In this document: positions 28,850 through 38,272 of the stretch, in pieces | How the letters are laid out: every line of letters begins with the position of its first letter | Position numbering within the stretch: the first letter of the stretch is position 1 | Translations under genes and position numbers: made by a program | The notes under the pieces: generated by a model | Seen by the model: only the letters and a program-made list of their open reading frames with translations | The model's database searches: none | What the model was told of the DNA's origin: nothing | Origin: Calditrichia bacterium | GTDB taxonomy: Bacteria; Calditrichota; Calditrichia; RBG-13-44-9; J075 | DNA length: 64,000 nucleotides | Assembly: GCA_050633245.1 (NCBI GenBank) | Contig: JBOEGD010000011.1 | Span: 128,001-192,000 of the forward strand | Direction of reading: 5' to 3'

Positions 28850-30208
28850 TTCCGCTTCATCTATGTTGTATTCTTCCAGCTTGTTATAAAGAGAGCGTCG
28901 GCTTATTCCCAAGACCGTGGCAGCCTTCAGCTTGTTTCCCTTGACGGCTTTCAGTGTTTGAATAATCATTGTCTTCTCGACTTCAGATAGCGGAACGCCC
29001 GGCTTGAAGGTGATATTGACTTTGGCAAGTCCTGGTTTGACAACGCTGTTTGGAAGATGCTTAACATCTACCTGATTGCCGGCAGTCAAAACGGCTCTTA
29101 AGATAATATTTCTAAGCTCGCGCACATTACCCGGCCATTGGTATGCTTCGAGTGCTTCCAGTGCACGTGGAGAAAACCCTGCTACATTTTTATTTAGCTC
29201 TACGTTGAAAGTCTCACGGTAGAAGTTTGCCAGATAGCTGATATCGCCTTTGCGCTCACGTAGCGGCGGAAGTTCTACCGTGAAAACGTTTAGACGATAA
29301 TATAGGTCTTCACGAAAATCATTTCGTTCAATCATCGTTTCGAGATTCTCATTGGTCGCGGCTACAATGCGTACGTCTACTTTTATTGAGCGATTGCTGC
29401 CGACACGTTCGATAACCTGAGTCTCCAAGACCCTCAGCAAACTGATCTGCACTTCTTGACTCATGGTACCAATTTCATCAAGAAAAAGCGTACCGTCATT
29501 TGCCTCTTCAAACTTACCCTTTTTGTCGGCAATCGCGCCGGTAAAGGCTCCTTTTAAGTGACCGAATAATTCAGATGCAATTAATTCGCGGGGAATTGCG
29601 CCGGTATTTACTGCAATAAATGGATGTTTTTGGCGCTGTGAAAGACCGTGGATGGCATTGGCCACCATCTCTTTACCCGTGCCACTTTCACCGACAATCA
29701 GAACCGGAATGTCAGTGGCCATCACTTCTTTGATACGTCGATAAACCTGCTGCATGGCCTTACTTTGGCCAACCAACTTGTGAAAGTGAAAGTATTTGCT
29801 GAGGCGTTCTGTTTTCTCTTCATTAGACAAATCTTTTGAACCATCTACCTGCAGTGTGTCCTTTACTACCTGCACCAGCTTCTTTGGCTTTATTGGCTTA
29901 GTGATGTAGTTAATCGCGCCAAGCCTCATTGCCTCAACGGCATTCTCAATGGTCCCAAAACCGGTAACCATAATCACTTTCATGGAAGGATAATCCATCT
30001 TTAACTGCTCCAGAAAACGAAGGCCGTCCATTTCATTCATCTTATAGTCTGTTATGATCAGGTCATAGACACCCTTAGCAAGTTTCTCTATACCGTCACG
30101 ACCATTTTCTGCTTCAGCAACCTCAAAGCCCTCATCTTCCAGAATAGTTGACATGCCCACGCGCAGGTTGGCGTCATCGTCTACGATGAGTATGCGGTAG
30201 TTCTTCAT
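28844..30208 (-). CDS. NtrC/AtoC-family sigma54-dependent response regulator (REC-AAA+-HTH)
   Basis: REC 'ILIVDDD...ITDYKM', 'GESGTGKE', 'GAFTGA', 'LFLDEIG', 'WPGNVREL', Fis-type HTH. Confidence 0.95.
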   Translation of the reverse strand: MKNYRILIVDDDANLRVGMSTILEDEGFEVAEAENGRDGIEKLAKGVYDLIITDYKMNEMDGLRFLEQLKMDYPSMKVIMVTGFGTIENAVEAMRLGAINYITKPIKPKKLVQVVKDTLQVDGSKDLSNEEKTERLSKYFHFHKLVGQSKAMQQVYRRIKEVMATDIPVLIVGESGTGKEMVANAIHGLSQRQKHPFIAVNTGAIPRELIASELFGHLKGAFTGAIADKKGKFEEANDGTLFLDEIGTMSQEVQISLLRVLETQVIERVGSNRSIKVDVRIVAATNENLETMIERNDFREDLYYRLNVFTVELPPLRERKGDISYLANFYRETFNVELNKNVAGFSPRALEALEAYQWPGNVRELRNIILRAVLTAGNQVDVKHLPNSVVKPGLAKVNITFKPGVPLSEVEKTMIIQTLKAVKGNKLKAATVLGISRRSLYNKLEEYNIDEAEV

Positions 30209-30227
30209 TAATAATGCCCCTCTTTAA

Positions 30228-32054
30228 TTAAGATGTCGGTAGTTGTATATGAAAAATTGTCCCGACACCGGTTTTGGTCTCGAAATATAGTTTTCCTTCA
30301 TGCGCCTCAATAATTTTTCGCGAGATTGCCAAGCCAATTCCGCCGCCACTTTCCTTTGTGGTAAAATAGAGGTCGAAGATATTGTCACGCACGTTCTCGG
30401 GAATGCCGTGTCCGCTGTCTTTAATATCTACAAACACTTTGCCTTCGTCGAAATGGGTGCGAATAGCAAGCTGCCCACCATCCGGCATGGCATCGAAGCC
30501 ATTTAAAATCAAGTTTATAAGCACTTGTTTTAATTGGTCTTTACTGACGCGAACCATGGGAAGGTCTTTAGAGAAAAAGATCTTAATTTCCACATTTTTT
30601 TCGAATGCCTGTTGCTGAACCAAATCGAGAATACCGCGAATAAGCTCATTTATATTCTCATAAGTCAGCACAATTTCCTGAGCTTTTGCCAGGTTAAAGA
30701 ATTGATCTATCAGCTTTTGAAGGCGCTCTACTTCACTGTGTAAGATCCCGATCGACTTCTGAATTTTATTTAGCCGTTTTTCGTCGCTAACCGACTTTTC
30801 AACCATGTTATCGACAATCTCGGTGTGGATTGCCAATGAGCTCAAAGGATTGCGTATTTCATGTCCGATACTTGATGCCAATTGTGAAATGACGCCATAT
30901 TTCATGCTGCGTTGCAAGGTACCTTCGAGCTCGTTTAATACATCGATATTCTTAATGTAAAACACAATTCCGTAGATATCTTCGCCGCTGTTAAATGGAC
31001 GAACCATCACCTCTGTGCTTATCGTTCGGTCGTTCAGCAGCTTCAGGGTAAACGATTGCTTAACTTCATGTGTCAGCGGTTGCTTGGCTCTTCGGTACAT
31101 CTCAAGCAACCGGGGGTTCTTCTGTAGCAGATCGTAAATGCGTCGATGAGCATTGGATGTACTTCGAATTTGCAGTACGTCGATAAGATATTCATTGTGC
31201 GTAATAATGGTCATATTTAAATCGAGGATTAACAATCCCTGATTTAAAACCCGCATCATTGAATTGATCTGCTCTTCTGATTCCTGAAAGCTTTTATTGA
31301 GCTCTTCTTTTTCATTGTAGAGCTTATTCAAATTGCTAAAGACCGTATCCACTTCATCCGGAGGATGTTCATCCGCTGTGGTTGAATTGCCCGGGTTCGG
31401 TTTGCGAGGCTGATCTCTTCGCTCTGTCGTTGGTGCAGCGCTATTTTCAAGCCAGTGCCAGCTCATCACCGGAATTAAAATAATCAGTCCCAGAAGAGCC
31501 GAAATCATCGAAAATAAAGCAGGCCTGAATCGATCGTACCAAGTGGATTGTACTTCCCATACCTGGCCTTGCAGATAGCCTTTCCTTGATTCACCATCTT
31601 CGATAGGCAACATAACATCGAGGACACGAACTCCCCGCTCAGAGTCGAGACTGTCATTTATTACGGTTGGGCCACTTATATCAAAATGTTTTTCCTCTTC
31701 AAAGCTAACTGTCATCCTTTCGTAAAGTGTTTCGCTTGCGACGACGACCTGCTTTTGCTTGTTGAAAATTAGAAGAACCTGAATCGCACTGGATGGATCT
31801 ACGAACTTTTTTAGCGCAGTTCTCAAGGTCTTCTTTTGCTTATTGTCGGGATTGGCAATATTTACTTTCTCAGCCAAAACGGCACTCTGTACCTGTGTAA
31901 GCAGTAAATAGGCCTTCTGATTTTCAATATTGGTCTGATAGCGCACCACGGAGTAATTAAGTGCCAATAGTAAGACTGTTACCAAAGCGAGGTAAACAAT
32001 CGTTAGCGCTAATATGCCGCGTCGGTGTTTATGCAGTAAATCAAAGAAATTCAA
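30228..32054 (-). CDS. Membrane sensor histidine kinase (2 TM, PAS-like, HisKA, HATPase)
   Basis: H-box 'GHEIRNPL', N-box 'QVLINLILNGFDAM', 'DSGHGI', 'FTTKESGGGIGL', 'GTIF'. Confidence 0.93.
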   Translation of the reverse strand: MNFFDLLHKHRRGILALTIVYLALVTVLLLALNYSVVRYQTNIENQKAYLLLTQVQSAVLAEKVNIANPDNKQKKTLRTALKKFVDPSSAIQVLLIFNKQKQVVVASETLYERMTVSFEEEKHFDISGPTVINDSLDSERGVRVLDVMLPIEDGESRKGYLQGQVWEVQSTWYDRFRPALFSMISALLGLIILIPVMSWHWLENSAAPTTERRDQPRKPNPGNSTTADEHPPDEVDTVFSNLNKLYNEKEELNKSFQESEEQINSMMRVLNQGLLILDLNMTIITHNEYLIDVLQIRSTSNAHRRIYDLLQKNPRLLEMYRRAKQPLTHEVKQSFTLKLLNDRTISTEVMVRPFNSGEDIYGIVFYIKNIDVLNELEGTLQRSMKYGVISQLASSIGHEIRNPLSSLAIHTEIVDNMVEKSVSDEKRLNKIQKSIGILHSEVERLQKLIDQFFNLAKAQEIVLTYENINELIRGILDLVQQQAFEKNVEIKIFFSKDLPMVRVSKDQLKQVLINLILNGFDAMPDGGQLAIRTHFDEGKVFVDIKDSGHGIPENVRDNIFDLYFTTKESGGGIGLAISRKIIEAHEGKLYFETKTGVGTIFHIQLPTS

Positions 32055-32124
32055 GAGATTCCTGGCCGTTCGTTTATCCGTTAGTACTCAGTGCCGCCGG
32101 GTCTGCGGTAATTGGTCAGAATTT

Positions 32125-32141
32125 AAGCAAATTTTCTGCCA
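32125..32141 (-). promoter_or_regulatory. sigma54 (-24/-12) promoter for the HK-bEBP operon
   Basis: Minus strand TGGCAGAAAATTTGCTT: GG-N10-GC with TGGCA and TTGCT; about 70 bp upstream of HK start. Confidence 0.7.
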
Positions 32142-32201
32142 GAACGGGTATAAACTTAGAATTTATGGAATTTAAAGCTGGAAGGAAAGTTGTTAGTGCG
32201 C

Positions 32202-32234
32202 AAAATCCCTATTTCTCAGACAGAAAAATAGGGA
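32202..32234 (-). terminator. Terminator of the PorV-like gene
   Basis: TCCCTATTT-N11-AAATAGGGA followed by TTTT on the minus strand. Confidence 0.65.
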
Positions 32235-32250
32235 CTGTAAATATGGCTAT

Positions 32251-33240
32251 TTATTCTTTGAAATTGATCAGGATTCCAATGCGGTGCGCATTACCCAATT
32301 CCTGATCATAACGGGTAAAAGAATAATCGATTCCAACATGGGGAATAGCGATGCCAACTCCCAGGTTCACCCGCTGAAGGTCGTCATAGCCTCCGCGAAT
32401 AAATAATTTTTCCTGATAGACAAACTCACCGCCGACAGCGCCGCCGAGTAAACCACCACCAAGACTGTTTTCGGTAAGGTTCGTGGTGCTTTCACTTTGA
32501 ACAACCACATCGAACAGTGGAACGAAGTAGCTGTTAAGACCCGCTACCTGCACACGATAGGAGGTACCTATTCTGAGGGTTGGGCTAACCAGCTCTTTTT
32601 CGCCGGTGTCCCAGGTAATAAGAGTCGTTGTTGCATTGCGAAGCATTGCAGAAACGCGCCACTTATGGTTGACAGCCATAAAAAGTCCGGCATCGAGCCC
32701 AACGCCATTCGCACTGTTGTTGTCCGTTAGATTGCGGCGAATCATTTTTAGGTTAACGCCCCAGGACCAGCGAGAGCCGACGCGCTGCCCAAGTGACAGT
32801 AGCGCAACATAATCCGAGCTGTTGAAGTTTTCAATTGCGCTTTCATCTATTCCAAGTAGACCACCATTGTCATCGAGGATGGCGGCGGCGCGTGAGTCTT
32901 TTATGTTGTCTACTCCAAGGCGAATAAGACTTAAACCAACCACGCCATTAGCGGAAAACGGGCGGGCTACACCGAGATAATCATAATTAATGGACGATAG
33001 AAATTGCTGCGTGTGTGTGAAACCCACCTGTAGACCATCAATCTGAACCAGTCCGGCCGGATTGTAAAAGGAGGCGTAGACATCGTCGGACATGGCGGTA
33101 AATGCGCCGCCAAGAGCCTGTGCGCGGGCAGAAACATCAATTGCCATAAACTCGCCGGCATATTTGCGAATTCCCTGTGCCTGCAGGCTGCTGCAGAGCA
33201 TAACGAGAAGAAGCGCCGGGATCAAAATATATCTATTCAT
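32251..33240 (-). CDS. PorV/PorQ (UPF0164) family outer membrane beta-barrel
   Basis: Signal peptide; 'F..IDVSARAQALGGAFTAMSDDVYASFYNPAGL' signature; 'GLDAG', 'IDYSF...LGNAHRIG'. Confidence 0.82.
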   Translation of the reverse strand: MNRYILIPALLLVMLCSSLQAQGIRKYAGEFMAIDVSARAQALGGAFTAMSDDVYASFYNPAGLVQIDGLQVGFTHTQQFLSSINYDYLGVARPFSANGVVGLSLIRLGVDNIKDSRAAAILDDNGGLLGIDESAIENFNSSDYVALLSLGQRVGSRWSWGVNLKMIRRNLTDNNSANGVGLDAGLFMAVNHKWRVSAMLRNATTTLITWDTGEKELVSPTLRIGTSYRVQVAGLNSYFVPLFDVVVQSESTTNLTENSLGGGLLGGAVGGEFVYQEKLFIRGGYDDLQRVNLGVGIAIPHVGIDYSFTRYDQELGNAHRIGILINFKE

Positions 33241-33470
33241 GTAAAGCGTCCTTTATTCTTGTTAAAACTGAAACGCTGTCATCGTTCAAAAGTTCTTTTT
33301 AATATAGTAAAGAAGGTTTTGCAAAAAAAATGGATAAATTGATCATCTGTTCCATTATATTCACCTAATCAAAAACTGTAGGACAAACTACAAACCAGAA
33401 ACCCGAAAAATGTCAGCCAGATAACAGTTTTGCTTTATTCGTTTCTGTATCGCTGCAACGAGCACCCCCA

Positions 33471-36404
33471 ATGGCCGAATTGCTTAGTCCTGAAATCCTC
33501 TATGAACTGGAATTAACGACCTTTGTCGCATTGGACGTTGAAACCACGGGCCTTGATTCTGCGATTGAATCAATCATCGAATTTGGAGCAGTTCGCTACG
33601 TAAATGGCGAAGCGCGTGATGAAATTAGTCTGAAAATTCATCCCGGAAAGCAAATCTCTGAAAAAATTACCCGAATTACCGGTATTACCAACGACGATGT
33701 TAAGGATGCCCCTAAATTCAGTGACGTATACGAGCAAATAGTTGAATTTATTGGTGATGATCCCGTTGTTGGGCACAATATTCCTTTTGACATGGGCTTT
33801 TTAGAAAACAGCGCTCGTCGTATTAAGCACGACTATGCCGACTGGTCTGGAAAAGAAAAGCCGTATCGGTATTTCACGCAACGTCAGCTGGATACTGTTA
33901 CGTTGGCACGTCTCTATTTACCTTTCCTGCCTTCATTCACGCTATCTTCTCTTGCGGCGCATTTTAATCTGGACAATGGTGGCGCACACCGAGCGCTGCC
34001 CGATGCGCAGATGACAGCCGGCTTATTCCTCGAACTGCTACCTCTTGCCTTGCAAAGCACACTGCCAGACCTTCAGAAAATTCTTTTGATCCTGGAACCA
34101 ACGGATGAACCAATTAAGCGCTTCTTCGAAAAGCTGGCAATTTTTGTGTCCTCTGGAAAATACACGGTCGTTAAGGGCATTGATAAGCAGAATTTTGAAA
34201 TCAATGCCAATCACTACAACATTATCGGGGCCGGGCTCAATCCACTGCCGACTTCGGATGACCATGAAGCGCTTGATGAGAAAGAAGTGGGAGAGTTCTT
34301 CGCCGAGGGTGGAGAACTGTCTCGTGAGTTTGGTGTGTTTGAGGTACGAGAAGAGCAGGTGCGAATGGCACAGGCTATTGCAAATGCGTTCAATGGCAGC
34401 ACCTTCTTAACGGTGGAGGCCGGAACCGGAACCGGCAAGTCAATGGCCTATCTTATTCCCGCGCTCCGCTGGGCAATTCGTAATGCCGGTCAACACGGTC
34501 GCGTGGTGATAAGCACAAATACCAAAAACCTGCAGGAACAGCTCTTTTTTAAAGACCTGCCAATTTTACATAGTATCCTCGGCGATACCTTTAAGGCGGT
34601 TTTGTTGAAAGGAAAGGGAAATTACCTGTGTCTCGATAAGTGGACAACCGCGATGAGCGATATGAAGTATCGGCTGACCACAAAAGAACGGCTTCGCCTG
34701 CTTCCGTTGTTTTATTGGGTGCAGCAAACCGAGACAGGCGATATTTCAGAAAACAATGCGTTTCGCGCTGAGCGAAATATGAATTTGTGGACTAAAATGA
34801 TTGCTGAAAACAATTATTGTCCCGGCAAAAGCTGTAAGTTCTACGATAAGTGTTTTTTGATGAAAGCGCGAAATCACGCACGCGATGCGCATCTGGTTTT
34901 GGTGAATCATTCACTTTTATTCTCCGATCTTGCCACGAACAATGCCGTCTTAGGAGAATATGTAAATGTCATATTTGACGAAGCACATAATTTAGAGAAA
35001 ACGGCCACGGAATATCTCGGGTATGATACAACACTGTGGCAGTTTCGCGACTTTCTAAATAAGCTCTATCAAAAAGATCGTTCAGAAACCGGGGTGTTGA
35101 TTCAGTTAAAACGACGCATTATGGCCGGTAAAATGAAGCAATTTCAGCGCGAAGCTCTACTGCGAATGGTTGATGGGCTATTGGATATCGTACCAGATTC
35201 GCGGCGAGTGGCACAGCAGTTTTTTCGCAAGATGACGCGCCTCCTCAATGAGCATCTCGGACTTGATAAGGCGCAACCTGGTTCAAGGCATCGTTACACG
35301 CCTGAGCAAATGCTCTTCGAGCCGTTGGAGGTGATTTACTCGGAGTTCTTTGAAAAAATTACTACGATAAAAAAGAACCTCGCTGAGCTTCTGGAGTATT
35401 TTACCGATGTTCCGGAAGACTCATTTGAATATCAGCGCCAGTTGTTTCAGGAAATTTCTTCCAAGCACATGCAGGCCGATCTATTGTTGCGGAATCTTCA
35501 GATTCTGATACGCCAAAAAGAGGACGGTTTCGTTTATTGGTTTGAATTACCGACTCGGCAGGACAGCGACGATACACGTCTGTACGCAGCTCCGCTTGAT
35601 GTAGGCGAGTTGCTCGAGGAAAGACTCTTCAATTCACTGCGCACCGCTGTCTTTACATCAGCTACTTTGGCTGTTGGCCAAACGTTTAATTATTTCCAGC
35701 GTAGAATTGGTCTCGATCGCGTAAATCCGTCCCGGGTAAATTCCCTTATGCTCAGCTCTCCATTTGATTATGCCGAGCAAGTTTTATTGGCTGTGCCTGC
35801 ATTTTTACCCGATCCTGCCTCTCCGGATTATAAAGTAAAACTTGCTTCACTAATGGCGGAGGTTGCGAAAGAAAAACGTGGTGTTCTCGGATTGTTCACC
35901 AGCTATGTGTTGTTGCGGCAAATCTATGAATCTGTGCGGGATCCGCTGCAGGCCCAGGCAATTCCACTCCTTGGACAGGGTATGGATGGCAGTAGACACG
36001 CCCTCATTAATCGCTTCAAAAAAGGTGGGTCAGTACTACTTGGTACCGATAGCTTTTGGGAGGGAATAGATGTTCCGGGTGACGCACTGCAAAATGTTTT
36101 TATCACCAAGTTACCTTTCGATGTGCCCAGTGACCCGGTTATTCAAGCTCGATCCGAATTGATTAAGGAGCGTGGTGGAAACGCGTTTATGGAGTTCTCT
36201 GTGCCTGAAGCGGTGATTCGTTTTCGGCAGGGGTTTGGTCGTCTCATTCGTCGTCGTTCAGACTTTGGCGCAGTGATAATAACCGATACCAGGGTTCATT
36301 CCAAGAGATATGGCAAAGTCTTTCTGAGATCACTACCGGTAAATGCCCGCGTTTATCACGAAAAAGCTGAATTTCTGACCGCATTACACAGCTGGTTTAA
36401 ATAA
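33471..36404 (+). CDS. dinG: DinG-family helicase with N-terminal DnaQ-like DEDDh 3'-5' exonuclease
   Basis: 'LDVETTG', 'GHNIPFD', 'HRALPDA'; 'EAGTGTGKS', 'DEAH', 'TSATL', 'SFWEGID', 'QGFGRLIR'. Confidence 0.9.
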   Translation: MAELLSPEILYELELTTFVALDVETTGLDSAIESIIEFGAVRYVNGEARDEISLKIHPGKQISEKITRITGITNDDVKDAPKFSDVYEQIVEFIGDDPVVGHNIPFDMGFLENSARRIKHDYADWSGKEKPYRYFTQRQLDTVTLARLYLPFLPSFTLSSLAAHFNLDNGGAHRALPDAQMTAGLFLELLPLALQSTLPDLQKILLILEPTDEPIKRFFEKLAIFVSSGKYTVVKGIDKQNFEINANHYNIIGAGLNPLPTSDDHEALDEKEVGEFFAEGGELSREFGVFEVREEQVRMAQAIANAFNGSTFLTVEAGTGTGKSMAYLIPALRWAIRNAGQHGRVVISTNTKNLQEQLFFKDLPILHSILGDTFKAVLLKGKGNYLCLDKWTTAMSDMKYRLTTKERLRLLPLFYWVQQTETGDISENNAFRAERNMNLWTKMIAENNYCPGKSCKFYDKCFLMKARNHARDAHLVLVNHSLLFSDLATNNAVLGEYVNVIFDEAHNLEKTATEYLGYDTTLWQFRDFLNKLYQKDRSETGVLIQLKRRIMAGKMKQFQREALLRMVDGLLDIVPDSRRVAQQFFRKMTRLLNEHLGLDKAQPGSRHRYTPEQMLFEPLEVIYSEFFEKITTIKKNLAELLEYFTDVPEDSFEYQRQLFQEISSKHMQADLLLRNLQILIRQKEDGFVYWFELPTRQDSDDTRLYAAPLDVGELLEERLFNSLRTAVFTSATLAVGQTFNYFQRRIGLDRVNPSRVNSLMLSSPFDYAEQVLLAVPAFLPDPASPDYKVKLASLMAEVAKEKRGVLGLFTSYVLLRQIYESVRDPLQAQAIPLLGQGMDGSRHALINRFKKGGSVLLGTDSFWEGIDVPGDALQNVFITKLPFDVPSDPVIQARSELIKERGGNAFMEFSVPEAVIRFRQGFGRLIRRRSDFGAVIITDTRVHSKRYGKVFLRSLPVNARVYHEKAEFLTALHSWFK

Positions 36405-36543
36405 TGCTACACAGATATAATTGACATTCCTCAACCGCAATCCCAAAACATATCCGTTAATTCCCTGCAATATGTATGAAATTGATGCTATTTCTAGTTG
36501 TCTGAATTACCGCAATATGGGCTTTGAGTGAAACAACATTTGC

Positions 36544-36572
36544 TTGCATTCAAGTCTCTAAAAAGTTATTAT
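36544..36572 (+). promoter_or_regulatory. Candidate sigma70-type promoter for the bEBP-lptE-TPR operon
   Basis: TTGCAT-N17-TATTAT, 28 bp before the GTG start. Confidence 0.4.
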
Positions 36573-36600
36573 TGTTGGTATTAGGACAGGGAAAAAAGAA

Positions 36601-37749
36601 GTGGCAATTTTAAATACATATCGAAAAACGCAGGAAAAGCTAGGCATTATCGGTGAATCTGAGGCAATTCGCGAGCTCATCGAACTGATAATATCTATTG
36701 CGCCAACGAATATTACGGTTTTGATATCCGGTGAAAGTGGTGTCGGTAAAGAGGTTTTTGCCAAAGCCATTCATGAGCTCAGTAGCCGTAACAAAGCCAA
36801 TATGGTTTCGGTAAACTGTGGAGCAATTCCTGAAGGTTTGCTGGAAAGTGAGTTGTTTGGTCATGAACGTGGCGCTTTTACCGGAGCGATTTCGAGTAAA
36901 AAGGGCTATTTTGAGCTGGCAGACAAAGGCACGATTCTGCTGGATGAAATCGGTGAAATGCCGCTACAAACGCAAGTGAAGTTACTGCGCGTTCTGGAAA
37001 CCGGCGAATTTATGCGGGTGGGCAGCGGAGAGCTACAAAAGGTTGATGTTCGGGTTCTTGCTGCTACAAATCGCGATTTAAGCAGGATGGTCGAGCAGAA
37101 GCAGTTTCGAAAAGATCTTTATTATCGATTAAAGGCTGTGGGAATGCAGATTCCTGCTTTGCGGGATCGTTTGGAAGATGTGCCGCTGCTGATGGAACAA
37201 TTTTTAATCGATCTGAAGGAAAAAGAGCATGTTGAGATCGGTGGCTTCACAGAAGATGCGCTACAGGTTCTCAGCAAATACACCTGGCCCGGTAATGTCC
37301 GGGAACTGCGAAATTTTGTTGAAACGACGGTGGTTTTAGCTCGGGGAGCAAAAGTAGACGGTCAGATGGTTCGCGAACATCTGCATTATGATGAGCCGGT
37401 TACGATTTCTAAAGCGCTCCCGGTTCCTTTAAATAAGAGTGTTGAAGAAGCAGAGCGGGAACTTATCTATAAGGCGTTGGTTTCTTTAGGGCTGGAAGTA
37501 AAAGAAATGCGTCTTGCGTTCAATCAGCTTACCGATAGATTGAATACGCTTGGCGGTGATGAAGAATTGACATATGCCCCGGTCTCACAAAACGGCGATG
37601 ACATACGACCGTTAGATGACATGGAGCGTGATATGATAGAGAGGGCTCTCGACAAATATCGCGGCAATCGCCGCAAGGTCGCAAGGGCATTAAACATCAG
37701 CGAACGAACGTTATATCGAAAAATAAAAGAATATGACCTCGCTCAGTAA
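36601..37749 (+). CDS. sigma54-dependent Fis-family activator lacking an N-terminal sensory domain
   Basis: AAA+ begins at about residue 15 ('GIIGES'), 'GESGVGKE', 'GAFTGA', 'WPGNVREL', C-terminal HTH 'GNRRKVARALNISERTLYRKIKEY'. Confidence 0.92.
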   Translation: MAILNTYRKTQEKLGIIGESEAIRELIELIISIAPTNITVLISGESGVGKEVFAKAIHELSSRNKANMVSVNCGAIPEGLLESELFGHERGAFTGAISSKKGYFELADKGTILLDEIGEMPLQTQVKLLRVLETGEFMRVGSGELQKVDVRVLAATNRDLSRMVEQKQFRKDLYYRLKAVGMQIPALRDRLEDVPLLMEQFLIDLKEKEHVEIGGFTEDALQVLSKYTWPGNVRELRNFVETTVVLARGAKVDGQMVREHLHYDEPVTISKALPVPLNKSVEEAERELIYKALVSLGLEVKEMRLAFNQLTDRLNTLGGDEELTYAPVSQNGDDIRPLDDMERDMIERALDKYRGNRRKVARALNISERTLYRKIKEYDLAQ

Positions 37750-38245
37750 GACACTGCAGATTACATGTATAATCTGTCTGCTCGCCCTAACCGGATGCGT
37801 GAAATACTCATTCCGTGGGGCTCTGCCGTCGTCAATAAAGACGATTGCGATCCCGTTTTTTGAGGATCGTGCGCGAGTGAAATGGGTAGGACTGCAGGAG
37901 AAGATTTCTGAGCAAGTATCAACTGCCTTCCTTGAAGATAATACCCTTTCAGTAATAACAGATGAAGAAAGTAGCGATCTGCTACTTACTGGTACAATTG
38001 TAGATGTGCGAACCCAGGCGGTTTCCATCAGCCAGGATGAGGATGTTGAACAGGAGCAGGTTGTTGTTGTTTTAAAAATAGAATGTTTAAACCAATCTCT
38101 GGGGAAACCGCTCTGGACGGGGCAAATCCGAGACTTTGCTGAAGTAGACGGCTCCGCCGGAACAGCAGAGATTGAGCAGGCCATTGACATCGCAGTCGAA
38201 AAACTCGTGTCCGAAATTGTGGACAGAACGATTGCAGCGTGGTAG
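37733..38245 (+). CDS. lptE: LptE-family LPS assembly lipoprotein
   Basis: Lipobox 'LALTGC', 'YSFRG...IKTIAIPFFED', 'DLLLTGTI', terminal 'AAW'. Confidence 0.75.
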   Translation: MTSLSKTLQITCIICLLALTGCVKYSFRGALPSSIKTIAIPFFEDRARVKWVGLQEKISEQVSTAFLEDNTLSVITDEESSDLLLTGTIVDVRTQAVSISQDEDVEQEQVVVVLKIECLNQSLGKPLWTGQIRDFAEVDGSAGTAEIEQAIDIAVEKLVSEIVDRTIAAW

Positions 38246-38272
38246 ACTTATCACAGGAAGGAATCATATTTT

